A DNA stretch of 42,198 bases, from contig NC_069010.1 of NCBI RefSeq assembly GCF_001194135.2, positions 1,015,011 through 1,057,208 on the forward strand, given 5' to 3'. The translations under genes were made by a program, and so were the position numbers. Shown piece by piece: positions 1 through 12,012 of the stretch. Each line of letters starts with the position of its first letter. The stretch's first letter is position 1. Under the pieces are notes generated by a model. It was not told where the DNA came from, did not search any database, and saw only the letters and a list, made by a program, of their open reading frames with translations. This DNA is from Octopus bimaculoides. Taxonomy: Eukaryota.

Positions 1-274
1 GTAAAATTATTTCGTTGCAGACCTCCTTTGGGTCTTTTTATTATCACTACGACACACATAGTCCCCAGTTGGTAACATTGATTTCAAGGCCCTCCTAGAT
101 GAGAGACTGGCATTCCACTTAATGTCTATGTTCCATGCTGACATGGATTGGAGAGTTATTAATGTAGAAATATGGTGTCGTAGCTACTAACAGTTGAGGG
201 TTGCGTAGTCTAGACGGCGTTTTTAGATTTCATTATTCTCTTTAACCCAGGCAAAGCCGGGTATTTCTGCTAGT
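1..274 (-). mobile_element. End of a Helitron-like non-autonomous element (runs off the window start)
   Basis: Minus strand begins ACTAGCAGAAATACCCGGCTTTGCCTGGGT (CTAG plus ACCCGG/CTGGGT hairpin). It is absent from the paralogous sites at ~30950 and ~33483, so it is an insertion specific to this copy. Confidence 0.4.
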
Positions 275-519
275 AATCTATATTTCATTGTTGTGAGATA
301 TTCCTATGATCAATAGTCAAATGGTAATCACTATTCATTTCACCGATATCTTTATACTCCCTACTGCGCAAAATTTAGGCCCACAACAAAAATAGACTAA
401 CCTTCCTAAACCTAGTTTCGCTATTCAAACATAATACATAGTCTCACAATATTGCAATTTTCTCAATTAATTATCACTTGAAAACAATGTGTTTTTGCGC
501 TCGTTTAGTCTTATCTTTC

Positions 520-1030
520 TTATTTAAGGTGTTCGGTTTAAATTTGACAGTTTGCATAAAAGAAAAACAAAGAAGAATATCCAATCTAAAAATAAAAGTA
601 TGGAAGAAATTCAAAACATTTCGACTAGATATGGCTGGGAGATACAAGTAATCCCTCTCAGCTTCCACTGCTCTCTCAAGACGTCCCTGAAACCTGAAGC
701 CTGTGTTTCTCTTTATGAGAACTGGAAAAAACCTTTGAAAACTTCTTTAGTTTTGTGTACTAGCTCAACATTAGGGTTGCAGTCAGAGCGAATGGTGTCT
801 TTCTCAATTGTGCCCCATACAAAATAATCAATGTGATTTCAACCAGGGAAACTAGGAAGTTTACAAATGGGTCCACTGAAACCCCATAAATACTCCGACA
901 ACCACTTCCCACTCTTTCTAGAGGTATGGTAATGAGCCGAATCCTGCTGCCGCGCATAAGGCCTTGCAGTAGCAACTGTGTCCAAATACAGGAAACTTTT
1001 CCAATCTGCAGTTCGCTGCCAATCCTCCAT
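520..1030 (-). mobile_element. Tc1/mariner transposase 3' relic (maT/DD37D-like)
   Basis: Translates ARPYARQQDSAHYHTSRKSGKWLSE...PSFPG*NHIDYFVWGTIEKD...RAVEAE, matching the QDxAPxH and SPDxNPxDYxxW catalytic motifs. Contains stops and frameshifts. Confidence 0.75.
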
Positions 1031-1329
1031 GTCAGCTTAGTGTTTGTTATTGCCAGATTATCCAATCACCAATGGTCAAGTGGTGACCACTTAGGGTTTG
1101 TTCAACATGTTTATACTTTCTACAGTGTTACTATGCAATGGCTCAATATTTAAATCTAGAGCAAAATAGACGAACAATCCTCAACCTACTGTTTATTGAG
1201 ACATCCTTCATAATCTAACGATTCAACAATTATCTCATATAATCATCACTCGATAACACTCTTCTTTTCTTAGTTGAGCTTTTCCTTTCTTATACCTGTA
1301 CCAACTTTATAACATGTCATTTTCTCAAT

Positions 1330-1790
1330 CACATCTAGATATCGTTTACTGGCTTTCTTTTATTTTTCCACTTAATTCCGTCATCAACCAAGTCCGTCAT
1401 CAAAAATCCAGCCACAAACACATGACACACCACTTCAAGTAGGATCAGACACTCTCTTTCTTAAACATTGATGCTTCTAATCTAAAATCTTAACTTCCTG
1501 CGTCACAATTAACCAGAATGTCATCTGATTCAGGAAATTTCTCAAGACATTTAAATGTCACTCGTCTTCTTTAATGAAGCAGTTTTCTTTCCACATGAGC
1601 GATTAATTAGTTCTACACATTTCAACAGAAAAGTAATAACAACTGTCCTAAAACACTATACACTTGTATCACATGTCATCATCTACATACAACTGGTCAT
1701 CGACATATTATTATGATGAATATATTTGAAATGGTACAGAACAAGTGATTCTCAAGAATATATAAGCCACACGGAGACACGGATCAAACT
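1330..1790 (-). mobile_element. HERO-like non-LTR relic: zinc-knuckle and restriction-like endonuclease end
   Basis: Decayed PRLAY/LRIS junction, DDILV (PD motif) and LEVVCHVFVA (equivalent to VEVGCRGFVA of RLE domains). Confidence 0.65.
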
Positions 1791-1899
1791 AAATCTTCTC
1801 CTTCTATTAAGACATTCCACATAATCTAACAATGTGGTAATTATCTCATTTAATTATCACTTGACAACTCTGTTTTCCTCTTCTGTTTTTCCTTTCTTC

Positions 1900-3260
1900 C
1901 ATTTATGCCACATATAAGACACGGCATTTTCCTCTCATCTCCAGATTTCATCAACCAATATTCTTCTCAATTTCTCCTTAATTCTGATGTCAACCAAGCT
2001 GGTCGTCAAATAACTCACCACAAACACATGGCTCACCACTTCAACTAGGATAAACACAGAGTTAAAACAAAATAAGAGAAACTCGCTGCAAGGTGAACAC
2101 ACAGCAGGAAAGACCTTCAGAGGAAGAACTCCCATTCCACAAGTGTTTCGGCCCTTATACATGACATTCTAAAGGAACCAGGCACACCCAGGTCATTACT
2201 CCCAGGTGTCCTCCTGATGCTTTCCAAAATACTGTCTCAAGTGGCATTTGAACCTGGGTTAATCTTTGTGTGATCTTGTATTCCCAGGTTTGTGCTTCAG
2301 CCCACTAGATCACCAAAGGAACCAGTTCTAATATTCCTCAGGATGCACACAGAGCGGTTCCCTTTCTTAAAGGTTGCTGCTGGTAACTTTTAACTTCTGG
2401 CATCACAGTTCATCAGAAGGTCATCAGATTCAGGAAATATTTTTTAAATAATGTTAAGCAATGATTAGTCCAACAGAAAGTGTTCCATGTGTCCTGAAAC
2501 ATAGCACACTTTCACAAAACCTCACTAACAGTTCATCCCTAGATTACTGCGATGAATATACGTTATGGCGTGTGTGTATATGTCGGGTGTAAGAATAGTA
2601 TAACTCAAATAAATATTTGGATATGGTTATCAAGAATAACCCATTGCAGAATTAATATGTTCACACAGAACGCATTCCGTACTACCCCAACATAGTTACG
2701 AGATTAAACTAACAGAGTAACCAATTTGGATGATCAACGCTGTCAACTGCCACTGTCAGTTTTCTATTTAGTCAAGTTCCTCTACTCTACTTTTAGTCGC
2801 GTGGGGTGGTACAAGATTCTCTCTGAATATATATCTGAAATGGTACATAAGAAATGAAACTCAAGGATTATATAAGCAAGACGGGGATTTAGGTCAAACG
2901 GGAAGCACCAAATCTTGTAAGGGCTCCCCGTAATTTAGATTTACTTACCGCTGATCTCAATGCCTCTCCTAGTTTTAGATGACCAAGTAGCGTACCATTG
3001 TCCGAAACCTTTCACAGGTTTCTCTTTAACCATTGGCTGCTACTTATTTGCCTTAAACTGCATTCTTGACCAAGTAATTAGTCCATCCAGTCTATCCAGA
3101 ACTATTTGCATATACATTTGATCTCTTCTTAGTATTTCTATGTCATCCATGAATGCCTTCTTAAGTGATTTCCCTTGAGTAATTTCTTCTGATAAATCTG
3201 CTGATCTCCATAGCATCCCCATAACAAGCATAATCCAAGTGACTGGTTTTGGGCAGTTAT
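1900..3260 (-). mobile_element. HERO-like non-LTR relic: RT C-terminal half, knuckle and RLE
   Basis: LVMGMLWRSAD...KAFMDDIEILRRD...LDRLDGLITWSRMQFKANK, KEKPVKGFGQWY, KIWCFPFDLNPRLAY, VEVVSHVFV. Confidence 0.7.
2075..2330 (-). mobile_element. Possible Gypsy-type integrase fragment embedded in the HERO relic (paralog at ~35230-35480)
   Basis: GGHLGVMT...CHV* and PLKVFPAVCSPCSEFL resemble the HHCC region and the PLxPIPAxxEPFS motif. The segment is absent from other HERO modules. Confidence 0.3.
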
Positions 3261-3499
3261 TCTAGTTTCAATGTTGGAGACATGAAAATATTTGTATTGA
3301 TTTTACCACATTAAAATATACTCAGGACCCTTTATAAAGGGGTTGGTGACATACCACCATAAAAAGATGTGGAATGTTTAAGGGAGATGTGTTTCCCAAG
3401 CAATTGAGGTGGACAGTAATTCTGAATAAGAACTGACATGGACAGTGACCACCCATCCAATTCGATGATGAAGAAACTATAATCGATTGCATTGTATCT

Positions 3500-4740
3500 C
3501 CAAAATGAGAACTAACAATATATTCTGAAGAATATATAAACAAACTGGAAACATAAAATCTTGTATTTTTCTAGTCGTTTTGAATTATCAGTTTTTTTAA
3601 CCCATCTTCAGCTTTGCCATGGCCTCTCTGCCCCAACATGTATCAGTCAACAATAAAGCGTACCACCATCTTTAACTTTTGGTTTGTCTTTAACTTTTGG
3701 AATGAGTTCTCCTGCGATTCGTAACTTCACTTGTTCCCACTGACCTTTCACAAATGATAGACTGCATTACTTATTTGCTTGAAACCACATTCTTGACCAA
3801 GAACTTACTCCATCGAGTCTACTAACCAGAACTATTTGCATATCCTTTTAGTCTCTTGTTAGTATTGTTATGTCAGCCATGAATATCTTTCTGTTGAGCA
3901 ATTTCTTCTGGGCATTCTGTTAATCTAAGTAGCATAACCATAGAGAGCACAAATCAACTGATATTGTGCAACCTACAGCTATTCCAGATCCAGAACCTGG
4001 CAGTCTTTTGTGAAATTTTCTCTCATGAAACACATTTTGAAATTGTTATAGCAACTCCTCATCGGATTCCTTTCATCGATGATCAACTGTTGAAGACAAT
4101 GGTTTTGGTTAGAATGTTTATAGTTTCAACAGGATTACCATGTAATAGTTTAATATTTAGACTGTCTTCCAAAATTTCCTTTATCTCTTGAGACATTCTA
4201 CATAATCGAACAACTCTGTCATTATTTCATTTAATTATTACATGATAACACCATTCTTTTCTTAGGTTTGTCTTTCCATTCTTATATCTGCACTAAACAT
4301 ATGACGTGAGTTTCTCCTCTCACTTCTGCCCTTCTCTAACCAACATTATTCTCATCTGTGCTTAATTCTGATGGCAACCAATTTGGTTATCAATGATTTA
4401 ACTATAAACATATGACACACCACTTCGAGGAGTATAAACATGCACACCTGATCTCCTTGTAAAACATTACTGCAGGTAATCATTAGTTTTAATTTCCTGC
4501 ATCACTGTTCACCAGAATGTCAGCTGATGCAGGAAATGCTTTAAAACACCTTAATAAGCCAGTGTTTATAAAGGTGAGCGAAGATTAGTTCTACACAGGC
4601 GGAACAGAAAATGACAACAGGTGTCCTCAATGATGATACACTTGCACAAAACTTCACTCTGCCCCAGGTAACTCTTCATCCTTACATTATAGCAGTGCAA
4701 AGAAGATCTGAAATGGTAGAAAGGAACTGATTCTTAAGAA
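3500..4740 (-). mobile_element. Two adjacent HERO-like relics (knuckle-RLE at 4260-4740; RT at 3500-4060)
   Basis: GIAVGCTISV, IFMADITILTRD, WSRMWFQANK, KYKILCFQF; DILVNSDAG and EVVCHMFI. Confidence 0.7.
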
Positions 4741-4999
4741 TTTAGGATACCCTTTTCTATATATCAACCAAACTGTTATCTATTCTTTGATGTCCCCTTA
4801 ATCAATACAGTGCCTCTGAATGGGCTGAAAACGGAATTACAAACGAATCTGAGGGGACAAATTTGAGACCTCTGTAGAAATATTTATCTGACAGAAACTG
4901 TCTTCCTGATGTCGTAGTTAACAACATTACAAGGAATATGAAACCCTGCTCACACCCCATTCCACCATCACTACTTTACATTTGTCACTAATGATCTTT

Positions 5000-5335
5000 G
5001 ACATCAACTAATTGAAAATGTCCCTAAAATGTTTTATAAAATACATCTAATTAGCGTCAAATACGTATACAGAAATGTTTGACAAAATAGTGTTTCCCAT
5101 GAAATGAAGCGAAAACACAATACGACCTCGACCATACTGAAAAATAGGGACCATAATTATGGTTCGTATGAATGTGATCTTGTAAATAAGAAAAGCTGTA
5201 AAATTACAGAGAGTAACAACATGTAGAATGTTACTTGAAGGTGCTAAGTTCTGCTGAGGTTCTACAATTTGAGAACTGATCTGTTTATAATAAGAATATT
5301 GACAATATACAATACGATATTTAGAGGCCTCTGAA
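5000..5335 (-). pseudogene. Possible class-A GPCR TM5-TM7 relic
   Basis: Frameshifted hydrophobic segments IVLYIVNILIINR, QVTFYMLLLSVIL and IVFSLHFMGNTILSNISVYVF...YFIKHFRDIF. Recognised by pattern only. Confidence 0.25.
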
Positions 5336-6060
5336 ATGAAGGCATTTACTGGGGAAGGTATTCATAAAGGAGCTGACCAGTCCACACGTGCCCACTGCTT
5401 GTGCGTTACTAAACCTCGGAGTGATTAAAATGCGTCTAATAAACGTTGTTCAAAATGACATGATTCACACAGGAGCAACATAGAATCTCGATTGCTCACG
5501 GAGCAGACCATTTTGCCAACCAAGTCTGTGATACGTTTTGCATGTTGGTGATACTCGTAGACACATACTGAATGCATGCCTGAGGTAGAAACTGAAACAC
5601 AGCATTTTGGTTGCAAGTCACAAAGAAGCGAATATTCCTCCGACTCATACAATTGTATTATCCGTTCATTTCAGTTGCAATTTATAAAACTTTAAAAAAT
5701 CTACCTTTTATGCAGTGTTTTTCTTGCATTCCACACAAAACGTCTGCCGATTCACAAGCAATGGCTATTTTAGTCGATGGGCCCTTAATCCGTTCTCAAT
5801 TACAGTAACAATTTCCTTTTTAGCTGGAAAAACACGGGAATATTCTTCCAACACATAGACTTTTATTATCCATTCCGGGACGTCAGAAACAAGTGCTCTC
5901 CTACCTTTCTTTAGGTCAGGATGATCCAACAGTCTCTTCTTTCCTCAATTACTGTGATTTCCGCACCATATGATCACTTAAATCAAAGGTTTCGGTAGAT
6001 TGTTTCCGTGACGAACTTCCTGGCACAAGGGTTAATAATGCGCATTGGTGCCTCCTCGAA
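5336..6060 (-). mobile_element. Cys-rich DDE DNA-transposase relic, N-terminal part, core deleted
   Basis: LTLVPGS..., CDLQPKCCVSVSTSGMHSVCVYEYHQHAK, LVGKMVCSVSNRDSML. Same family as 21415-22883 and 27550-29030. Confidence 0.75.
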
Positions 6061-6379
6061 ATTTATATGCAATGTAGGCAAATTACGGAGTAAAACTTGA
6101 TGTCAGATCATCATTCTACAGCTTCGTTAGGATGGTTATATTTGTATATCAAAGAAATTATGCGAATAAACAAATAAGAAATACTTAAGAAACAAGAAAC
6201 AAGAAAACATTGTTCTCTATTTCTAAAAATGCTGACAGAAATAGCAAAGAAGTCGAAAAAAAGGCTGAAGATTGAGAAGAATTTTAAAACAATAATTGAA
6301 AATTACACATGAGAATATGTGTCAACAACGAATCAACAAAGACCACCAACAATTAAACCATTTCATTCATCCATCCATT

Positions 6380-6658
6380 TTCTCTACCTCTATTCATAGG
6401 AGTGCTGTAAAGGTAGTGTCTTCAGGCATTACCTTCATACAATCCCATCAGAGGAAACTTCTTTAGAATTTCTGAAAGGACTCTCAAACATCACAACTTG
6501 AAATTATGGATTTTATCCCAAAATCTCTTCTTGTTTTACCCCTAGGTCTCCTGTCAGTTGGCTCTGCTTCAAAAAACCGTTTGCGATTCTATTCTCTGAC
6601 ATTCTAATCGGGTGCCTGTAATATGGAGTTGTGACCTCTCAATGCAGAGAAGCAGTGC

Positions 6659-6711
<53 letters not shown>

Positions 6712-6830
6712 GTAAATCTCTAAGCTTTATACCCTGTCGAGCAACCGTAATCCAGATGTACCCAATTTCAGCTATCTGATAACGTCCTATGCTCAATGCC
6801 TGAAATAGTCATCAGTGATGTCTTTACTCC
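6380..6830 (-). mobile_element. RTE-like LINE 3' ORF relic interrupted by (GA)n
   Basis: LLLCIERSQLH...RMSENRIAN...EAEPTDRRPRG resembles the RTE ORF C-terminus (RIERSQLRWxGH...GRRPRGRP). Confidence 0.6.
6661..6710 (+). repeat. (GA)25 microsatellite
   Basis: Read directly. Much shorter in the paralog at ~41571. Confidence 0.99.
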
Positions 6831-7069
6831 CATGTTTAATTAATAATTAAAAAGTATCAACATTTAGAAATATGTAGAAAATGGGGATAGAACTGACAAA
6901 CAAGACCAGTAATATTAGTTAACACCTGGACTAATTAAAAGAGAAACAGGCACGAAACCAGAATGATTTCAATTACAAAAAATTATAATAGTGCTTAGTT
7001 CACATTACATATTATAGAAGACAGCAGATTAATCTTTCTGGTTTCCTGACTCATAAAATGGATTTCTTT

Positions 7070-7567
7070 TACAGGATCAAGGCCATGATTTAGAGAAATT
7101 CCAATAATGGAGAGTGCTTAAGGTGACCCTTACAATGAGAAGAATTTTAGCAGAAAAGGAAGCAGGACTCACCATGATATATACCATATGTCTACAACAC
7201 TTAGGTCTTGAAGGAATCGCTTTATCCACGAATATCTACATCAACTGAGAAGTTATCATTCTTGATATGCAGGAAAAAAGGAGGTGGAGGGAAATCCTAT
7301 ATGGTGAACCCAATGCTCACAATAGGTACAGTGGAATCAGAGGGAAGTTGGAAGAAGGAAGGACCTTGTAAATAGTAGGTATACAAGAACAGTTAGTAGT
7401 AATAACAACAATGAAAGACGTAGTTGATAGGTTCTGATACATAAAAGACAGAATTAGAAGTGAAGGAGACTATTCAGAAAACTTAGAAGTTGAGGTGACA
7501 AAATGTAGAGGGAGCTGTTATGTCTACATAAGTGATTCTGTTTGCAAATGAAGGACAGATTATATGA
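7070..7567 (+). mobile_element. Old RTE LINE relic, 5' piece
   Basis: EKFQ*WR..., HNRYSGIRGKL, VVDRF*YIKDRIRSEG, LQMKDRLYD. Confidence 0.6.
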
Positions 7568-9180
7568 TCATCATTATCATCGATTAACATCGTTTCTCCA
7601 TGCTGGCGTGGGTTGGACGGTTGACTGAGGTCTGGAGATCCATTGGATCCACTAGGCTCCAATCTTGTCAGCCAAAGNNNNNNNNNNNNNNNNNNNNNNN
7701 NNNNNNNNNNNNNNNNNNNNNNNNNNNNNNNNNNNNNNNNNNNNNNNNNNNNNNNNNNNNNNNNNNNNNNNNNNNNNNNNNNNNNNNNNNNNNNNNNNNN
7801 NNNNNNNNNNNNNNNNNNNNNNNNNNNNNNNNNNNNNNNNNNNNNNNNNNNNNNNNNNNNNNNNNNNNNNNNNNNNNNNNNNNNNNNNNNNNNNNNNNNN
7901 NNNNNNNNNNNNNNNNNNNNNNNNNNNNNNNNNNNNNNNNNNNNNNNNNNNNNNNNNNNNNNNNNNNNNNNNNNNNNNNNNNNNNNNNNNNNNNNNNNNN
8001 NCAAGGAGGCACCAGCCACAGCTACGATATTGGTTTTACTTGACTCAACAGGTCTTCTCAAGCATATCCTATCACCCGACGCATCAGGAGTATTCTTAAC
8101 AGGGATGGACGTGCGTGGCTGCGATCTCACTTTAGTTTCCGTTCCTTCCCAATTACAGCATGTCTCCTAAGTTCCCGGTCTCCTGTCATTGCCTCTGTGA
8201 CGTCCAATGTTCGAAGGTCATGCTTCATCACCTCATCCCATGTATTCCTGGGTCTGCTTCTTCTATAGGTACCTACTACAGTTGGGGAGTGGTACTTCTT
8301 TACATAGCAGTCTTCTTTCGTACGTAACACATGGCCATACCAGCGCACTCGCCTTACTTTCACACCACATTTGATACTTCTTATGCCCAACTTTTCTCTC
8401 AGGATGCTCATACTCGGTTGTATATGCACACTGACATTACACATCCAGTGAGTCATACTAGATTCATTTCTTTCAAGCGTACACATGTCCTCAGCATTCA
8501 TGGCCCATGTTTCACTGCTCTGTAGCATGGCGGTTCGCACACAGTCTACCTTTCACGCTGAACGAGAGGCCTTTAGTTGCCTACGAAGGTAGGAGCACCC
8601 TGAAATTTCTTACTCTAGTCGCTACACTCTCAAAGCAACCACCCCCACTACAGACTTGGTCACCTTGATAGCAGAAGCTATAAATTACTTCTAGTCTCTT
8701 CCCTTGGCATGTGATAGAATCTGTTTTCTGTACGTCTTCAGTGTTTATTGCGCCAGAGCATCTGCCACACACAAGAACTATTTTCCCGGTTAGACTTCCT
8801 TTGATATTGCTGCACCTTTTATGTGTCCATAGCTTACACCGTGCACATCATATGGAGTTTCTTCCCTCGCCTTTTCTACAGATCGAGCAGGGCCATCTAC
8901 ATGAAGGAGGTTGTGATTTGACAGCATTCCTACTTACTAGGACTTAGGTTTTGGCTAAGGCCCTTCCATTCTAGACCTTGCTCCCATACCCTAAACTTTG
9001 TCTCCAGTTCTGGCAGTGACTCAGCTATTAGAGCAAGGTCACCAGCACAAAGGAGCTCCCAGGAGCAGCCTGTCTTGAATTTCTCTGTTAGTGCCTGGAG
9101 GATTATAATGAATAAGAGGGGGCTGAGGACTGATCCTTGGTGAACCCTGACTTGTATTTTAAAGTGGAATGTTTCATTAA
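7568..9180 (-). mobile_element. Younger 5'-truncated RTE LINE (RT C-terminal half, 3' UTR, GAT-rich tail)
   Basis: VHQGSVLSPLLFIIILQALTEKFKTGCSWELLCAGDLALIAES; CGRC...SFCYQGDQVCSGGGC; RRVRWYGHVLR...RPRNTWDEVMKHDL; tail CCAGCATGGAGAAACGATGTTAATCGATGATAATGATGAT. Confidence 0.9.
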
Positions 9181-9500
9181 GCGTAGAGGATGTATGAAAA
9201 CTGTGAAGAAATGAAGTGAGCATCACAAGAAGTGGAAGATGAATGTGTAGAAGTCCCGGAGCGGAGATGAGCTGGAAGCAAAACTAGGGTTTAGAAGATT
9301 CAGAGACAGCACACAAGAGAGGAGATGGTAGAGATATGGGAGGAGTATGAAAGAGTAAAACAAAGGGGGATAAAGAATTGCCAGGAGATCCAAATTGAAG
9401 GAAATAAGAAGTTAAACCTGGCAAAGGAAGACAACAGCTGTGGCAGTAGTCTAATTGGAATGCAACAATCAAGTCAGAATTATAAACAAAGGGTGAAACA
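9181..9500 (+). mobile_element. Old RTE LINE relic, 3' piece
   Basis: VEDV*KL*RNEVS...MC, ELEAKLGFRRFRDSTQERRW continue the ORF broken at 7567. Confidence 0.55.
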
Positions 9501-9898
9501 CTCAGAAGACTCTGTCTCTTTTAGCATTAATATCATCTAAAATCTAACAAGTGTTACAAAAAGAATGACTATATGGATGGTAAATGTTGTTTAAACAATG
9601 TAATAAGTGTATATTATATATAGTTACAAAAAAGGATGTGTGTGTTCAAGTCATATTCTATTTCTGTTTGTATATTTTGTATTAACACCAATATTTTGTT
9701 TAAATGTAAAAAGATATTCACGGTTCAATACTAAATTTAACATTAAATAAAATTAAGTTCATGGTGAATATTCTTATACGGAGCTAATATTTAATTATAA
9801 TTTTATAATTTGCAGCTACAAAATGTATTCTAAGCAGAAACATTCAGGGTACACAGCCCCAGAAAATACAACATATTACGGCAGACATCTGGCGACAT

Positions 9899-9922
9899 AA
9901 CAACAACAACAACAACAACAAC
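9899..9922 (+). repeat. (AAC)8 microsatellite
   Basis: Read directly. Confidence 0.95.
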
Positions 9923-10252
9923 CTATCAGAAAACTTACGAAAGGTCTTAGCGGGAAAACAAACAACTTTCTTATAAACTCACAAGTTTACACCTAAACAA
10001 AAATAAATTATAGTTCCCTCTTCCAGAAGACAATATTAACTCTATTGTGTCTCTTAATTTATCCATTTTACCAACCATGTTCACCTCGACGTCATGAAAT
10101 TTCAGTAATATTTTTAATACAATTACTTTGGAGCTAACCTTTCAAATGGAAATTACAGATGGGATCTGTTCTCCACCATTCTATTAAACAAAATAGCTCA
10201 GGTGAAGGTAAAATCTATAGAAATCAATTAAGATCTGTTATTTTATACTCAT

Positions 10253-10303
10253 CAATTGTCTCTGTCACAGTCTGCATTCCCTTCTCTTCAAACTTTGGCC
10301 TCT
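10253..10303 (-). other. Putative cassette exon Y1 (51 nt, donor decayed)
   Basis: tttcag| acceptor, atgagt in place of gtgagt, open phase-1 frame RPKFEEKGMQTVTETI. Confidence 0.35.
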
Positions 10304-10599
10304 CTGAAATATGTGTTTCCAAGTTTTATAGCACAATTTCTTTATATTTATTAATAATCTATATTTTATTATTGAGAGACATTCATATCATCAATGCTCA
10401 ACCAGCAATCATAATGGTTTTGGTCAATATTTTTATACTTTCAACAGTGGTCCCATGTAATAGTCAATATTTAGGTCCAAAACACAATCTTATTGATCTT
10501 TGTAAATTTCATCTCTCTGTTAAAACATCCTACTTAATCTAACAATGTTGTAATTATATCACTTAATTATCACTTAATAACAGTTAATCTGTAAGTGTT

Positions 10600-11000
10600 G
10601 TTTTCCTTGCTTATATCTATAACCCTTCACTAATAACCTGCTTAATTCCAGTGTCAATAAATTTATTCATCAAAGGTATAACAGCAAACACATAATCTCT
10701 TTGTTAAACGTTGTTGCTGATAATCTTTAATTCTAACTTCACAGTTCACCAGAATGTCATCTTATTCAGGATATATTTGAAGGTTTCAGTGTCTGCTTCA
10801 GTGACAAACAAAATCGTCTCTATTAACTTTAATATCATCCAGAAACCAACATAGCAACATGGAATTGTGTGTTAAAGTCTCTCAAACTGGTGACACATAA
10901 TTTTATTCCTTTTAAAATATTCTACTGAATTTAAATACTTTACCAAAGAAGACATTGATGTCCTTCTAAGTACTGTTGTATTTAATTATCTGCTAATGAC
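10600..11000 (-). mobile_element. Highly decayed HERO-like relic
   Basis: KIMCHQF, and the gttcaccagaatgtcatc PD-motif landmark shared with the other modules. Confidence 0.5.
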
Positions 11001-11221
11001 TCATAATTAATCATAAAGAGTTGATGGATATTTATTGATACTTCAGTTACTCACTAATTATCTTGCAGAATCCTCCATTATTTTTATGTTGAAGACTACA
11101 ACCCTCTTGAAGTGTGACATGTTTCCTACTTGGATAAGGACAATGCTTAGTGGATGTAGTGAGAGATATACTATCACAGAGAAAAGACACTAGGAACACC
11201 TTTTATTATAAATCTGCCAGA

Positions 11222-11238
11222 TTATGGCAGACCTGTGT
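11222..11238 (-). CDS. Possible terminal coding exon after the RING exon (DTGLP-stop)
   Basis: 89-nt gt..ag intron from 11327, acceptor gttgtgtag, in-phase TAA at 11224-11222. Confidence 0.3.
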
Positions 11239-11327
11239 CTACACAACAACATAAAGTATATTATTCTACACAATAAGGTCAATGTGAAAAGCAGGACAAA
11301 CAGACAGATCAGCAAACGTTTTCTTAC

Positions 11328-11467
11328 CATCATTAGTTGTGCTTGTTACAGGTTTCCCACACTTCAGGCATTTTTTCAGAGATATTTTTGAACATTTTTC
11401 ACATGTGACAAAATGACCGCATGGAAGAAATTTTGTTGTGGCCGCTTTAGCTCTACACCACAAACAT
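11328..11467 (-). CDS. Internal exon encoding a RING-HC (C3HC4) finger, MIB/IAP-type E3 ligase-like
   Basis: ttccacag|...|gtaaga, 140 nt, phase 2 to 1. CLWCRAKAATTKFLPCGHFVTCEKCSKISLKKCLKCGKPVTSTTND = C-x2-C-x11-C-x-H-x3-C-x2-C-x7-C-x2-C, no stops. Confidence 0.85.
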
Positions 11468-11534
11468 CTGTGGAACAAAATAGAAACATATCAAACCAAT
11501 AACATTCATTTAAAACAAGTATTATACTGTGTGT

Positions 11535-11790
11535 GGAGGCGCGTGGCTTACTGGTTATGGTGTCAGAATCATGATCGTGAGATTGTGGTTTCGATTCCTG
11601 GACCGAGCGAGGCGTTGTGTTCTTGAGCAAAACACTTCATTTCACTTTGCTCCTGTCCACTCAGCTGGCAAAAATGAGTGACGCTGCGATGGACTGGCGT
11701 CCCGTCCAGCTGGTGAACACATACGCCATTGAAACCGGGAAACCGGGCCCATGAGCCTGGCTAGGCTTTAAAAAGGGCGCATTTATTATG
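11535..11790 (+). mobile_element. tRNA-derived SINE
   Basis: Box A TGGCTTACTGG, box B GGTTTCGATTCC, CORE-like gtgttcttgagcaaaacact and V-like gcgatggactggcgtcccgtccag segments. Confidence 0.85.
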
Positions 11791-11930
11791 ATTTTGTTTT
11801 TTATTATAGTGTGTACATGTTTAGAGTAGATAATATTATGAGACACTTCAGTGACAAGCAACTGTACATCAGGAATTCTTCTTTAAACAATTACATACAA
11901 ACAGCATTTGGTGTAGTTAAATGGCATACT

Positions 11931-12012
11931 CACAAACACACACACACACACCCACACACACACACACACACATACATACATACATACAAGCATACATGCA
12001 TACATACACACA
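11931..12012 (+). repeat. (CA)n/(CATA)n compound microsatellite
   Basis: Read directly. Confidence 0.95.

Larger units (their letters stand above)
283..7330. repeat. Segmental duplication copy A (direct paralog of ~33483-42198)
   Basis: Collinear high-identity matches: 285~33487, 2035~35195, 3846~37164, 5860~39206, 6110~41000, 7327~42198. Confidence 0.9.

Noticed and set aside
9975-10125. Ankyrin-like reading KILLKFHDVEVNMVGKMDKLRDTIELILSS
   Set aside because: No TPLH motif, and the paralog at ~30305 has an in-frame stop. Not supportable as an ankyrin exon.
10181-10252. Box C/D snoRNAs in the short cassette introns (snoRNA host-gene idea)
   Set aside because: CTGA occurs, but there is no consistent RTGATGA box C with a terminal stem across copies.
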